From the human T2T-CHM13v2.0 reference genome, Homo sapiens: 64,000 nucleotides of DNA. The notes under the pieces were generated by a model. It was not told the origin of the DNA. It did not search any database and was given only the letters and a program-made list of their open reading frames with translations. Position numbers and translations under genes: made by a program. Positions within the stretch are counted from its first letter, which is position 1, and each line of letters begins with the position of its first letter. Below, one piece after another: positions 1 to 13,368 of the stretch. The DNA lies in the NCBI RefSeq assembly GCF_009914755.1, contig NC_060928.1, one strand, 5' to 3'.

Positions 1-589
1 TAACATCAACGGAGATAACTCATCTAGACAGTGTGTAATCCTGATAGGATGTGACCAGAAGGGAACTTTACCTCGGTGGTCTTCCTCACAAAACTTATAA
101 CCCCGTCTAATCATGAGAAAAACATTAGACAAATTCCAGTTAAGAAACACTCTACAAAATACCTGACCCATACTCTCCCAAACTGTCAAGGTCATCAAAA
201 ACAAAGAAAGACTTAGTCACAGCTAAGAGGATCCTAGGCAGACATGATGACTAAATGTACTGTGTATTCTGGATGGGATCCTAGAAGATAAAAAGGATAT
301 AAAATACTAGTTGGTGCAAAAGTAATTGTGGTTTTTGCCATTAAAAGTAATGGCAAAAGTAATGTTTTTATTAGTTAAATAAAAAACTAAGGAATTATAA
401 GTAAACTATGGCCTTTAGTTAATAATAATGTATCAGTCTTGAGTCATTAATCATGGTAAAGGCACTCTCCTGACACCAGATGTTAATAATAAGAAAAATT
501 GAGTGTGAGGTATGTAGGAACTCTCTGTACTATCTTCACAATTTTTCTTTAAGACAAAAAAAATTCTAAAATAAAAAGATTATTTAAAA
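1..589 (+). mobile_element. L1MC-type (L1MC4-like) 3' UTR fragment
   Basis: Motifs gacatgatgactaaatg, ggatgggatcctagaa and ggaactctctgtactatct, ending in ctaaaataaaaag; interrupted by MADE1. Confidence 0.75.
307..358. mobile_element. MADE1 (Hsmar1-derived MITE), truncated
   Basis: tagttggtgcaaaagtaattgtggtttttgccattaaaagtaatggcaaaa is the left TIR plus central hairpin. Confidence 0.85.
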
Positions 590-2284
590 GTCAACAAGTT
601 GATTTTTAAATATCATTTAAATAATTATACCAGTAGTATGTGGAAATGGCTAAAAAACTGTAAAGATGGTTTAAGAATAAGTGAGATTTGGGAAACACCG
701 AATTAAAACAGTTAAGTGACTATACTATACCATGCTATTTCCCAGCTTATCTCACAGACAAAATTGTGATCTCTCTGTCCTGGGTTTGTACTCATTCAAT
801 TGCTTGATGATTCTGTATGCTTCCTTAGCTCAACAACATAACTCTCCCTCAGACTGAACACTTCCTGAGGGAAAACCAAATGCCTATCTTTCTTTCTTTC
901 TCTTGGGGTCCTGCTTGACAATATTCAAAATGGATATGGAGTAATTATACACAAAGTCAATTAGGATGAAGATTTCTTATTGTATAATAAGTATAATAAG
1001 TATAAATAACACTTCCTTATACATTTTAAAAAAAAACCTTATGTCACTCATTTCCCTCAAGTGTTGAGCCATCCAGATTACTATCTTTTCCTTTAGAGTC
1101 ATTCTAACATTTTGATTACTGATAATCACAGAATTACCACAGGGATTTTTTCCATGATCACTTACATCACCTTATACTGAGATCAAGATAGGTGAATTTC
1201 TTGATATTTGCCAGCTGTCAGTAAGTCTCCTTAGAGCTGGGAGAGCAAACAGGTATCATTTTGCAGGCCAATTTCAATCCCTTGCTGACAGCTGCCTGGA
1301 AATCTGTCCTGAGGAATCTGAGGCTTTGAATGCTAAGATCAGCCTGTAGGAGAAGGAGGGAGAATGAAGATGGCATGACAGCCCATGTGTCACATACCTG
1401 GCAAACTCAATTCGAAGACTATTTGACACTAGCAAGTGTTATCACTCCCATGAAGGGCCTCCAAAAGCTTGAAAAATGTAATATGGAAATGTATACACTT
1501 CCATGTGCAAATGTAAACATTTTGACATGTGGTAGGTGGTGAGGTTGGCATGGGACCTTCCTGGCCTCTCTCAGTTCCAACCATAAGAAGGTTCATCAAT
1601 TTTCCTATTTGTGAGGTTGCTCTTTTGGGTGGTTTTTCATATATTTTCAGCAAAAGCCTTTTTGAGACTAGCTGAAACTCAGTTTTTAGGTAAAAATTAT
1701 GAGTAAATAATGATTACTATCATTTATAAGGGAAAAAGAAAATAAATTCAGATGAACATAGGGAAGTAAAAAGTTTCATTTTACAGCTTAGAATTTATTG
1801 GAAGCAGAGAGGCCAAAAGGCAATCCCTCAAATTTTAAAAAAAGGCTTCCTAGTTATCCTGATTTCTGGGAAATCTCTGAATCACTTTTGACTTATCATA
1901 TATGCCAATATATGTCTCACCAACTGAGTTTATTCAAACTCAGACTGAGTGGGAAGAAAGTCAATCAATTACCTCCCCATCTCACCTTATGTGCCACCCT
2001 GATTATTCCTGGCTGAGAAAGATGGTACTGTGATTATCAACTAGTTACAACTAGTCAAAAGGTTTTCAGAATTTCTACTTATAAGGAGTGTTTCTAGAAG
2101 ACTAATTAGTAGGTAACCCCTGCATTGCATCACTAATCAGCTATATTGAGAATTAGATAAATGTTTCATTAATTTTGCTTCTCTGGGGCCTGGGGCAAAT
2201 CAGATTTCTCCTCCTCTGTCTTCATGCTGAGAGCGATTTGACTCTGATACATGCAGTTTCCTTCCTTCTGCCCATCTATGTCTT

Positions 2285-2580
2285 TATCCATTCATCACAC
2301 TAATCAGCAAACATTTTATTGAGCATCTACTGTTATCAAGCATACAGAGATAAATAAGTCAGTTTTTGTTCTCAAGAAGATCATACTTGTGTGGGAGAAT
2401 TATATGCTCCAAGTGTCAAGTGCTAGGACAGAGATAGGTACAAGGTGTGCTGTGGGTAAAAATGAAGGTAGGGTTGCTTTTTGCATCAAGTAGATCATGT
2501 ACATGGAATGAATGTGAGTCAAGCACCATAAATCTACCAGGGAGAAAAGGTAGAGAAGGGCCTCTACAAAGCATGGGCAT
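2285..2580 (-). mobile_element. L2 3' fragment
   Basis: cagcaaacattttattgagcatctactg...ctcaagaagatcatacttgtgtgggaga resembles the L2 tail. Confidence 0.6.
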
Positions 2581-3244
2581 CAAATAAGAGCACAGCTCTC
2601 TATTTCAGTTTTCTGAAAATAGATCAGAAGTGCAATTAGTGTCTGCCAAGGTTTCAAGAAAAAAAAAATTTGAAGAGCAGAAAAACTAAATGTCAATGCT
2701 TTTATAAGAAATGTCATATCCGGATAAGCTTTTCATACAAATTGGGAGTTAAAGTACAGGGAACTTAAGGCTGACTCTAAAGGGCATTATGATTGAATGA
2801 TTTCTATCCAATAGAAAGCACCTGGATCGATGCTGAGGCCAAGTAAATAAGAACAGGAGGATGCCTCTCCCTGAGCCCTGGCAGAAGCATTAGACTGATG
2901 GATTGTGGTCCTTGCTTCAGAGAAGGATGCCCACTCTTTTGTTAGTTGAAATATCTGCTTTGTTCATTAATCTGACAAGTGAACATAGGAGACTTGCTTG
3001 AAAACACATCCATCTCTTCCTGGACTCTGCAAAGATACTTTCCTTGGCAAGTGAAAAGTCAAAAGCCTACCTGCAGTGACATTTGCATCATGAGTGACAG
3101 TAACAGATGAAAATTTAAACCTTCCATGCACCATTTGGAAGCATCAGTGGGAAAGTCTCTATTCATTAGTTTGAAGCTGGGGGCTTCCATAGTACTCTGT
3201 TTGCCAGCCAAACTGGGAATGTAGTTATTTGGCTATATTAGGGC

Positions 3245-4013
3245 TGTCAACCTAAATAACAGAGAGAGGTTTCCTAAGAGAAAAGATGTTCATTTGGGAA
3301 TAGAGTATTAGAATAGGGATATGCATGCTGTAGTACACTATGTGCATATCCAAGGAGGTAAAGGAAGACAAAAGTTTTTAAAAGAAATTAATGAGAATTA
3401 GATAATTGTTTTTAAATAATTATCTTTGGCTGCAAAAATCAATAACAAGGGTGAGTAATGCCAGTTCAAGGTTAGATGTGCAGTTACTGAACAGATACAC
3501 TTGCAGAAGCATTTTCTTTGTGTAAGTTTTGGATGGACTTTGTGCAAGGTTGTGGTTTTGTGGAGTCTTTTTCATTATCAGGCATACAAATGTGAGAACC
3601 CTCTCTTCATGGCCTCCCTTAATTCTATTTTTCAGGGTTTTTGTTTTTGTTTTTGTATTTGGTTTTTTTTTTTTTTTAGACATAGACTCGCTCTGTTGCC
3701 TAGGCTGGAGTGCAGTGGTGTGATATCGGCTCACTGCAAGCTCTGCCTCCCGGGTTCACGCCGTTCTCCTGCCTTAGCCTCCCTCCTGAGTAGCTGGGAC
3801 TACAGGTGCCAGACACCACACCCGGCTAATTATTTTGTATTTTTAGTAGAGATGGGGTTTCACTGTGTTAGCCAGGAGGGTCTCGATCTCCTGACCTCGT
3901 GATCCTCCTGCCTCAGCCTCCCAAAGTGCTGGGATTATAGGCGTGAGCCACCGTGCCTGGCCCAGGGTTTTCTTAATATTATTGACACCATCTTGATTTT
4001 GCCAACTTTCACA
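3245..4013 (-). mobile_element. MER65-like ERV1 (MER4 group) 3' LTR, interrupted by AluY
   Basis: Minus strand starts tgtgaaagttggcaaaatcaagatggtgtca and ends ttatttaggttgaca (TG...CA); a polypurine tract abuts it. Confidence 0.8.
3642..3962 (-). mobile_element. AluY
   Basis: Diagnostic gcaagctc, gggttcacgcc, gggactacagg and gtgttagccagg; TSD cagggtttt at 3633-3641 and 3963-3971. Confidence 0.95.
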
Positions 4014-4027
4014 GTTCCCCCTTTTGA
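4014..4027 (-). other. Retroviral polypurine tract
   Basis: Minus strand tcaaaagggggaac lies immediately 5' of the LTR tgtg. Confidence 0.8.
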
Positions 4028-5539
4028 TCAAGATCTTTCTCCAAAAGCATCACTGATGAATAATCCTATAGATAGGTTTAGATGTGCCCTCATGTTGGGA
4101 TGGATCTATCTCAGCTGCTGGTCTTGTCCCATATCACAGGGAGTGATTGATGATTAGGAATCAGTGTCAAAACCCTTTCAGTCACATTTGAGCGACAAAG
4201 GAAGTTTGAAGGAAGTGACTGGAGTCCATATTAAGTTCAATTTTGTCTGTTTCAGTGTCTTTAGCTATCATCTTAAAATGCTGGTCCAGCATTATTTTTT
4301 TAGGACTTGTGCATCTGCCAAACCTTAACAAGTGATAGACACAAAGTTTTAAAAGGAAAAATATAAAGTAAAATTAACAGTAATATGACAATTCCAGTTT
4401 ACATAATGGCTTTGAGCCATGAACCTAGGCTTAAAGACAAGCAATTGAATTATTCCAATGACCAAAAGGAATTAGATGAGATCTATTGTAACCATGTGGC
4501 CTGTTTACTTATTTTGTGTTTCTGGGTCTCAACATTCCCTAAGAAATTATTCAAGTATAGCAAAGTGGTATTAGCAATAGCATGACCATTTTCTTATATA
4601 AGTAATAGATACTAAAGGATTTTTTTAAGTTTAAATTACCAGAAGAAGCTATTAACTGTGAAATTTCAATTACACCATTATTCTGCAAGTAAAAAGGTAG
4701 CATTAAGGGAGGTAAAAGTCTCGTTATAATATAAAGTCTTGTTCCATCATCTTGGGAAAGCTGTCTACAGCATGAAAACATTAACTGTTGGTTTGTAATT
4801 TTAATGTCTGAGGTCATGACATCAGGCAGCTTTATAAACTTTTTATGTGGTCTATATATCATGCATGAGGTTTATTTTTTACAATCTATTAGTTTCAGCT
4901 CATGGGGCTTTAGAAACAGGGCAGATTTTGTTTTGAGTTGGAGAGTTGTAGCCAAATATTAGAGGAAATCAAGAGAATTCAAGATCTAGTTCAATTGTCT
5001 TAAGTTCTGGGACCTGCTAGGAAGTGACAATTTTTATTCATTCATTGTATGTCTAGGATCTTTTGAAGCCAGGAATTTGACTTTTAGTCAAAGCTTTGGT
5101 CATATAAACAGTATTTCCAATTGTATCCTGCTTATAAGGCAGATTTTTACTGAGCTTATATAAATAAAAATAAGAATACTCATAAATAATTTCTGAATTT
5201 TGAAGGAATCAGGTAGGGATAAAAAGAAAATGTCTCTACTTTTGTTCATAAAAGTATGCTTTAAAAACTTGTCTGTTTTTAATGAGCCCTTTGACCTATT
5301 ATGTTATTTTCTGGATGGGGGTATAAAGCACAGTCGTGTCATATTAAAGCTTACTTCAAACTCAGTAGTCTGTGGGTTATTGGTCTTTGGTCTGCCAAAG
5401 GTAATCCTCATGGGAAAGTTTTTGCCCGAGGAAACCTCTCCATGATTCGAAATCTGTTGGTTTTGACACATATCTATGTTGTTAACATTATACAACACAT
5501 GCTCTCTCATTCTTGTTCTACTTAAAAGGTAGTGCAGTA

Positions 5540-5790
5540 TAGGGATCACTGGCACAAACGCCTATGTGGCAGACAACATAAATGATGAAAGGACCCAGAT
5601 CAGGAGGGAACCTGGCACTTCAGAAAATCCACACCCAATCTAGAATAGGCAGTCACTCCTTGGTTTCAGCCAATTGTTGCCACAGTGAAATGTGGACAGT
5701 GTTGACAGATGAGGCATAGATACAGATTTCTGTTCACATAGAGATCTCTCATTTAAAAAAAATGTTGGCAAGTAAGTCAAACTGTTTGGA
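5540..5790 (+). mobile_element. MER102-like hAT-Charlie fragment
   Basis: ggcagtcactcc...cagccaattgttgcca...cagtgttgacagat...aaatgttggcaa. Confidence 0.6.
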
Positions 5791-5849
5791 AATATTGGAG
5801 GTGGCATATTGGGAGGATAAGGAGTCATCCAATTGAACTGGGGTGTTTA

Positions 5850-6300
5850 TGATGGGGGGAGAAATAGCAGGTAATGGCTGAAGGATAAGGGCAGCTTCTG
5901 GAGAACCTTGACTGTTACACTTAAGGAACTAACCATAGAGTCTTTTAGGTCTGAATGATCAGTAAAGGATTTAAGCAAGAATAGCCCACAGTTAGTATGG
6001 TATTTTTAAAAGATCAGTTGGCAGTTGAAGGGGCAGAGCTGAGAATTGAGTGATGAATTAAAAGTCTATCATTAAGTGATAGGGTAAAGGGAAAATGACA
6101 AAGGCCTATTTACTTTGTTCTTTTTCCTACCAGATTGTAAACTGCAAGACAACAGGGCCCTGTCTGCCTTGTTCATTGCTGTATTTTCAGCACTAAGCAG
6201 AAAGCCTGTTCAATGTTTGCTGAGCGAATACATGAAATCAAGGGGGTGAATGTGAGAGGCATTTGTAGGACTGGGTTTGAGAACCAACTACTTTGAGAGG
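5850..6300. mobile_element. L2 fragments (minus-strand body with a plus-strand L2 tail at about 6120-6237)
   Basis: ccagattgtaaact...ccctgtctgccttgttcattgctgtattttcagcac...ttcaatgtttgctgagcgaat. Confidence 0.65.
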
Positions 6301-7458
6301 AGTAGAATGTTGGTAATAGTGAGAACAGTCATAGGAGTGGGGAGCCTTGGTAGAGTGTTTCCTTCCCTGAAGCTTTCTCTATAAGCCTTGGAAGGAGGTA
6401 TCTCAATGTAGAAATAATGGACACAGGTTTTTTAAAAAGACTGTTGCACATTTGATTCCTGGCCCTTCATGTGGCTTTTTCAGTTGACCAAAGGAGAAAA
6501 TAGTAAGCACCTTGAAGGACTGACAGGAGGATTAAGCAAAAATTCGGGGATGATTAATTTCTGTTCTTCCCTAGGTCCAGTATTCCCAAAGCACACAGAA
6601 AAAGGGGACTGACTTTGGCTTCTGACCCACTGAGGATCACTTTCAGGGTAGGGTGAGAACTAATGACCCTTGGAGTCTCTGGGCTTTGCCCTGGAGAGTT
6701 CCCAGCCTAAGCAGAGAGGGCAACCAACCCATACCTCACTCATGAAAGTATACTTGACCAAATTGTTGTAAAACTATAGATAGCTTATGAGAGAAAATTT
6801 TCTTAAATCTAGAAAACAAAACATTTAAGTAAAGGACTAACACTGTTTTAATTAAAAGTCATAATCTTTATTAATTATTTAATGTTATGTGATTAATATT
6901 TGCTTGCTTTATCTTAATTAACAGTTTTATAAACCCATTGGTTTCTTTATTAGAGTTTTGGATCTTTATATTTAGCCTATTCATCTTAATCTTATAAGAA
7001 ACTTGTGTTCAAAAGTGTTTGCTAGAGTTTTCCCATGAAAAGCAATTTTGGACTACAGCTGATTGCAAATTCTTTTAAAGAAGAACTTAATAATTGTGGA
7101 TGACAAAAAGTTAAGATAGCCATGGTTAAAATCTGATGAACTTTCCCAATTGACAAGGAAATTTAATTATTTCTATTACCTGCAGCTTGTAACAACCAGA
7201 ATCATTACTGACAGTGTCGCATTAATATCATCAAACTTTATAAATTTCATATAATCTTTAGAGTACTCACATTAGCAACATAAAAATATAACCATAGAAA
7301 AGATTTAATATAATCAAAATTATGATTGATAACATTAGATTTTTATAAATTTATATTTATTTTAGAAATTTATATCAATAACATACCCATAGATGTAACT
7401 GAAAAAAGATCTAGTATCATTTATTTCCAAATGCCTTTTATACAATTTGCTAAATAAG

Positions 7459-7740
7459 TCTAATTATTTAATATCTATATAGTAAATAATATTTAATATT
7501 AAATATTTAACATATAGATATTAATATGTAGATATTAAATATATAGATATGGATATTAAAATAATATTTAATATCTAGATATAAATAATATTTAATATGT
7601 AGATATTAAACAATATTTAATAATATATAAATATTATTTAATATATAGATATTAAATAATATAATAAAGAAAATTAAATGAATACTAAATAATATTTAAT
7701 ATTTATGTAGATATTAAATGATTATCTAATTATTTAATAT
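7459..7740. repeat. AT-rich palindromic minisatellite
   Basis: Reiterated tatttaatat(c/g/a)tagatattaaat units bounded by the 16-bp direct repeat tctaattatttaatat. Confidence 0.85.
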
Positions 7741-10083
7741 ATATACTCTTTCCAGGAGTCCAACTGCAAAAACCACAAAGTTAATTTTAGGTCAGAAAGA
7801 CTTAATTTGGTATTTTGTTCTTGGAGAAACCTGCCAAAAATGTCAAAAGGTTCAAAACACTTGATCAAAACAGAATTACAGGTCATTGCTACATAATAAT
7901 TATTTATTTAACCAGAGTAATAATGAAAATACTTCAAAAGTGATACAGAAATATATATGGATGTAAAAACTTTAACCCTTTGAAAGCTCAGTTTTCCAAA
8001 GTAATAAAAAATCTAATAAAGACAACCCAGAAATTATTTTGAGAACACAAAGTCATTTTCTATGTCTAGTTACCTAAAAGATACAGAAAAACCTCCTATA
8101 GTGTGATTGCTCCTCTTTATGGGAAGCTCATTTTGACAAACTGGAAATCAAACCTGATAAAAGGTGCTTGGATTTAATCAGATATAGGAAGAGTGTATCT
8201 GGAATTATAAGTGTACACTACATTATAGAGAAACATAAACAAGAAAACTAGTACCTTCGGCAGGGGAATACATGGCTTTTAGTAACAGTATGAGAAGTTA
8301 CCTGGTTACATGGAACAACTCAGACATATCAACAAAAGCCAAGAGTATAGAATCAAGTTATAGTGAAGGAAATATTATTTTTCTAGATATTCATATAAAC
8401 ATTTCAGTGCCAGGCTGTTACAACATACAGAATTTAAAAAAATAAACATATAGAATTTGACAAAAAGGTTGAAGGAAAGAGTTATCACCCCACCCAAGCA
8501 AAAAGATATGCTTTTTCAAGAGGAGAAAAAACAGAAGGCAATAATGGATGACCTGCAAATCACATGCAGTGAGGTAAGCAAAACTTGAGCTCCTGAGATC
8601 TAAATCTGAGTGTTTCAAAGACAAGCAGTTTTCACAATCAAAAATCAAAACCTCTTGCAAATATACTGAGTAAATCCGTATTGTAAGAAAAATCTTCTTC
8701 TAAAATAGAAGACCACAATTTTTTAGTGTCATATTAGAGTATTTTTAATATCAAATTTCAATCTTTAGAAAGATTATCACAAATAATTCCCTTTTAATTA
8801 CAGTCAATCACACACAAAATTCCTTTCATAAATTCTCTTTTCATGAATCTTATCACAGCTTTACTTAGATAATTGATGACAAGCTTGTACTTTCTACTTT
8901 GTCCTATATTTCTTAAATAATCAGTCATTTTACTTTAGGACAAAAATTCACCATATGAGATTCTTTCTCATACAAAATTACTTTCTTTTCTTTTTAACTT
9001 TCCTTACCTAAAATATCTCTTCATATTCATAAGTTTTTTCACATCTCTCTTCTACTTACTGGTTTCTTTCTATGTTGTTTCTATTTTTAATGCATATTTT
9101 GAAGCAACCTTGAAATAACCTCCAAATTAAACAAAATTATTATTTTTCCTAATAAAGAATATTTTAATAATTTTTATACTTTTTTAATTAAAAGCACATC
9201 TTATATATTTTAGGACACACTTTGTAGGCAGAATTAAATATTAATTAAAATTTTTAACCCTTAGTAGCCTTAAATTTTAGTGAAAACTAAATTAGAAGGC
9301 AAAATTTTGAATTAACTGTAACATATCAGTGTTTTATTAATAATTATTTTATAATTTTTAGAAACATGTTTTCCTATAACATAATGTTTTAATGCTACTT
9401 GGAAATGACTCCGACGTTGAAGAAGTATCTATTGTTTAACTTAACATGACTTTAAGCCTTCAAATTACATGAAAAGACTTAGTTAATTTTTTAAACAGTT
9501 TACCTACATTATTTATGAGAACTGAGATATCAGACAAAGCTAGTCATCATTTCAAGTTATTTCTTTGTTAAGCATATTTATAGGCTGTGAATATTATATG
9601 ATCACCTAAGAAAGAACCTAAAATTTAAATGTATGGATACTTTTCTGAGAACTCAAAAGATACAGCTGTTTCATTAAACTAACAATATTAAATTAATCTT
9701 ACTTATCAAAAATTACACAAAGATCTCCCTGTTTTAGGCTGGGTTTATAGTTTTATAACCTTCCTGTCAAAACCTGACACTTTAAAATATTTGGTAAAGG
9801 CAAATATAAAAACTATCTGACCAGTAAACCCAGGCAAGAATATATGCTGACTATTTTAAGACATTTCAATTTCTATTTTACTCATAATTTTAAAACCACC
9901 ATATTTATTAAAGATTTACTTAACTCATGTGAACTAAGATACATTTGGCTTAATTAATAATGTTATATTTTATGTGAGGACTCATTTAACTTTAAGGGGT
10001 TTCTGGTCAACTATGCTAGATTATAGCACGTAGATAAAACATATAATAGATGTACGTACAGGTAAACAAATCTAAACACATGT

Positions 10084-10088
<5 letters not shown>

Positions 10089-10114
<26 letters not shown>
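10089..10114. repeat. (CA)13 microsatellite
   Basis: Read directly. Confidence 0.95.
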
Positions 10115-11258
10115 GAAGATCTTTCAACTTTTATTTTAGAATTTTAGTACTGAGGTAGTAATACCAACTCATCAGTTTGTATAAGACAATATTTCTGACA
10201 AAATTGGAATCTGTTCATATGGCTAAACTTCATTTTCCCTGATAGATAATCTAATAAATGCTGTGGATCAAAATTTGGATAAAGCAGTTTGTATGGCAAT
10301 ATGATTTTTAAAGCCCCTTTTACCATTTTATTTTCCTTTTCAAATAATTTTAGGGTTAAATTTTCAGTGTTTACACTTTCACTAGGACTGGATGAATTGC
10401 AGAAGAAAAACAAAGTCTTCAAGTAGCCTTGAACTCATAAAAAATCTATCTTTTGTTTATTAGTAAGATGTGTTTGATTAGCAAAATGCAGATGGGAAAG
10501 AATTTTAGCAGGTGTTAAATTTTTAGTTTTTGGCTTTTTCTTTTTGCCCTCTGTGTGAAAGGAAAAGCACAATTTTTATGCTGGGCATATACCATATTTT
10601 ACTTTGAGCTTAAGATTTTTGACCTGTTTGATCTGAGATCCTAACTTATAAACATTTATCTAGTTCTTTTTTGGATTATTAATTTTCCAATGAATTTTCT
10701 ACCACCATAGACAATTGCTAATCAAGCACACCTAAATTTATATTTCTAAAAGGTGTCTAGGTTTTTGGAAACCAGGGAGGTATTTTAGTCTGCAAAGTCA
10801 TTAATTTGAAAGCCCTTTAAGACATCTTTATCATCTATCTATCTGGAATATCTATATGTATTCAAATCTTAGCTGGAATGCTACAAGCAATTTTTATCTG
10901 AACACCAGTAGAAAAGTCAACAGATTGAAAAAAAGCAGAAAAAAAACATACAGAGAGAGAAATTAGAAGACTCTGCATATTAACTCTATAGTTGTAGGTT
11001 TCTCCAGTAATGATGATTTGAGTTCTGAATTTTCCTTGATGTAATTTGTCTATCAGTTTAACACGTACACAAGAACAGACCTTAATATGTAGCTGGCTAG
11101 ACTCCCAGAAAACCTGGCATGTCAGTATTTGAGAATCCCATTCCATTTCTTAATAATCTGCCAGGAGCAAAGAAAATCCTATAAATGCAATCAGGAAATG
11201 TCAGGAGTTTAAACTTGTGTTTTAGATGGCTGCAACCACCATAGTGGCTTTTAGTTAG

Positions 11259-11586
<328 letters not shown>

Positions 11587-11752
11587 TTTTCATAAACAAG
11601 CAAGGAGATCAAACCAAATCAAAAGAAACCAAGATAAAAATGTTCACAAGATATTAACATAGGCGTATAGTTCAGATAAAATATTAAACTTGGTGATCAA
11701 ATCAGATAAGATATGCTTCACAGACAGAATGTACATTCCGTAGAAATCATAA

Positions 11753-13058
11753 TGAGAGGTGACAACGTTCTAGCAGCCCTCACTCTCGGCGCCTCCTCAG
11801 CCTTGGCGTCCACTCTGGCAGTGCTTGAGGAGCCCTTTAGCCCACCACCGCACTGTGGAAGCCCCTCTCTGGGCTTGCCGAGGCCGGAGCTGGCTCCCTC
11901 TGCTTGTCAGGATGTGTGGAGGGAGACGCGCGGGTGGGAACTGGGGCTGCACGTGGCGCTTGCTGGGCCAGCGCGAGTTCCAGGTGGGCATCAGCTCCAC
12001 ACGCGAGCTCCGTGGGCCCTGCACTTGGAGCGACCGGCTGGCACCGGCTGGCTGCCCCAGGCAGTGAGGGGCTTAGCGCCCGGGCCAGCAGCTGCGGAGA
12101 GTGCACTCAGTCCCCCAGCAGTGCCGGTCTGCCGGCCCTGAGCTCGAATTCTCGCGGGGCCTCAGCTGCCTCCCCACGGGGCAGGACTCGGGGCCTGCAG
12201 CCCGCCATGTCCAAGCCTCCTCCCTGGGGCCATGGGCTCCTGCGCAGCCAAGCCTCCCTGACGAGCGCTGCCCCCTGCTCTGTAGCACGCGGTCCCATAA
12301 ACTGGGGCTGAGGAGTGCGGGCGCAGGGCTGAGGAGTGCCGGTGCAGGGCACAGGGCGCGGGACTGGCGGGAAGCTCCGCCTGCGGCCCCAGTGTGGGAT
12401 CCACTAGGTGAAGCCAGCTGGGCTCCCAAGTCTAGTGGGGACTTGGAGAACTTTTGTGTCTAGCTCAGGGATTGTAAACGCACCAATCAGCACCCTGTCA
12501 AAACAGACCAATCAGCTCTCTGTAAAACAGACCAATCAGTCTCTGTAAAATGACCAATCAGCAGGATGTGGGTGGGGCCAGATAAGGGAATAAAAGCAGG
12601 CTGCCCGAACCAGCAGTGGCAACCCGCTGGGGTCACCTTCTCCCTTGTGGCAGGTTTGTTCTTTTGCTCTTTGCAATAAATCTTGCTGCTGCTCACTCTT
12701 TGGGTCTGCACTGCCTTTATGAGCTGTAACACTCACCGCAAAGTTCTGCAGCTTCAATCCTGAGGCCAGTGAGACCATGAACCCATAGGGAGGAATGAAC
12801 AACTCCGGATGGGAGGAACGAACAACTCCAGACATGCCACCTTAAGAGCTGTAACACTCACTGCGAAGGTCTGCAGCTTCACTCCTGAAGCCAGCGAGAC
12901 CACAAATCCACCAGAAGGAAGAAACTCTGAACATGTCTGAACATCAGAAGGAACAAACTCTGGACACACCATCTTTAAGAACTGTAACACTCACCGTGAG
13001 GGTCCACAGCTTCATTCTTGAAGTCAGTGAGACCAAGAACCCACCAATTCTGGACACA
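11753..13058 (+). mobile_element. Solo LTR12 (HERV9; LTR12D/E-like)
   Basis: Starts tgagaggtgacaac, ends ccaattctggacaca; 4-bp TSD ataa; GC-rich U3; U5 repeats gtaacactcaccgc. Confidence 0.95.
12460..12680 (+). promoter_or_regulatory. LTR12 core promoter: four CCAAT (NF-Y) boxes, GC/GT box, GATA site, TATA-like element and polyA signal
   Basis: ccaatcag at 12483, 12508, 12532 and 12554; gggtggggc about 12570; gataag 12581; aataaaa about 12589; aataaa about 12675. Confidence 0.75.
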
Positions 13059-13346
13059 ATAAGTACTCAATCCAAAAAGATACTTGTGTTTATATCAGAA
13101 AGGACTTAAGAGAAAAGACAAAAAAGCTTTTATTATCCCAGGAGGAATGTATGGTCCTTTATTAAGGTGGCTTTTCCCAAACCAGATCCATTTAAAGCCA
13201 CTGACAAAAGGAGGGAGGCTCAACCTGAGAGAAGATTCACAAGGGCGGAAAAGTCTGGCTCTTAAAGTGGAGAGCTCAAAGGACTCGAATGGCTACTGCA
13301 CACAAGTTCCAAGCATCACTGATTCTTTCCAAGCGACACTTTTCAG

Positions 13347-13364
13347 ATCCCAGTTATGTCACCA
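13347..13364 (-). other. Degenerate primer-binding site, possibly tRNA-His-like
   Basis: Minus strand tggtgacataactgggat, 4 nt after the LTR end; 14/18 to the recalled His PBS tggtgccgtgactcggat. Confidence 0.55.
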
Positions 13365-13368
13365 TATG

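Larger units (their letters stand above)
5264..6739. other. Foreign 1.48-kb genomic insert containing MER102-, L2- and MIR-like fragments
   Basis: Flanked by tcataaaagtatgcttta (5246-5263) and tcatgaaagtatacttga (6740-6757), 15/18 identical; ERV sequence resumes after the second copy. Confidence 0.7.

Noticed and set aside
3501-3902. 133-aa ORF, and similar ORFs at 11282 and 44995
   Set aside because: Antisense Alu translations (LECSGVISAHC, SSWDYR)
11713-12990. Dense overlapping ORFs of 75-142 aa and CpG-island-like composition
   Set aside because: All lie within the GC-rich LTR12, which has few stop codons; no protein homology recognised
12720-13010. Spaced direct repeats (gctgtaacactcaccgc) resembling a CRISPR array
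   Set aside because: Known LTR12 U5 repeats; the spacers are homologous to one another and the context is eukaryotic
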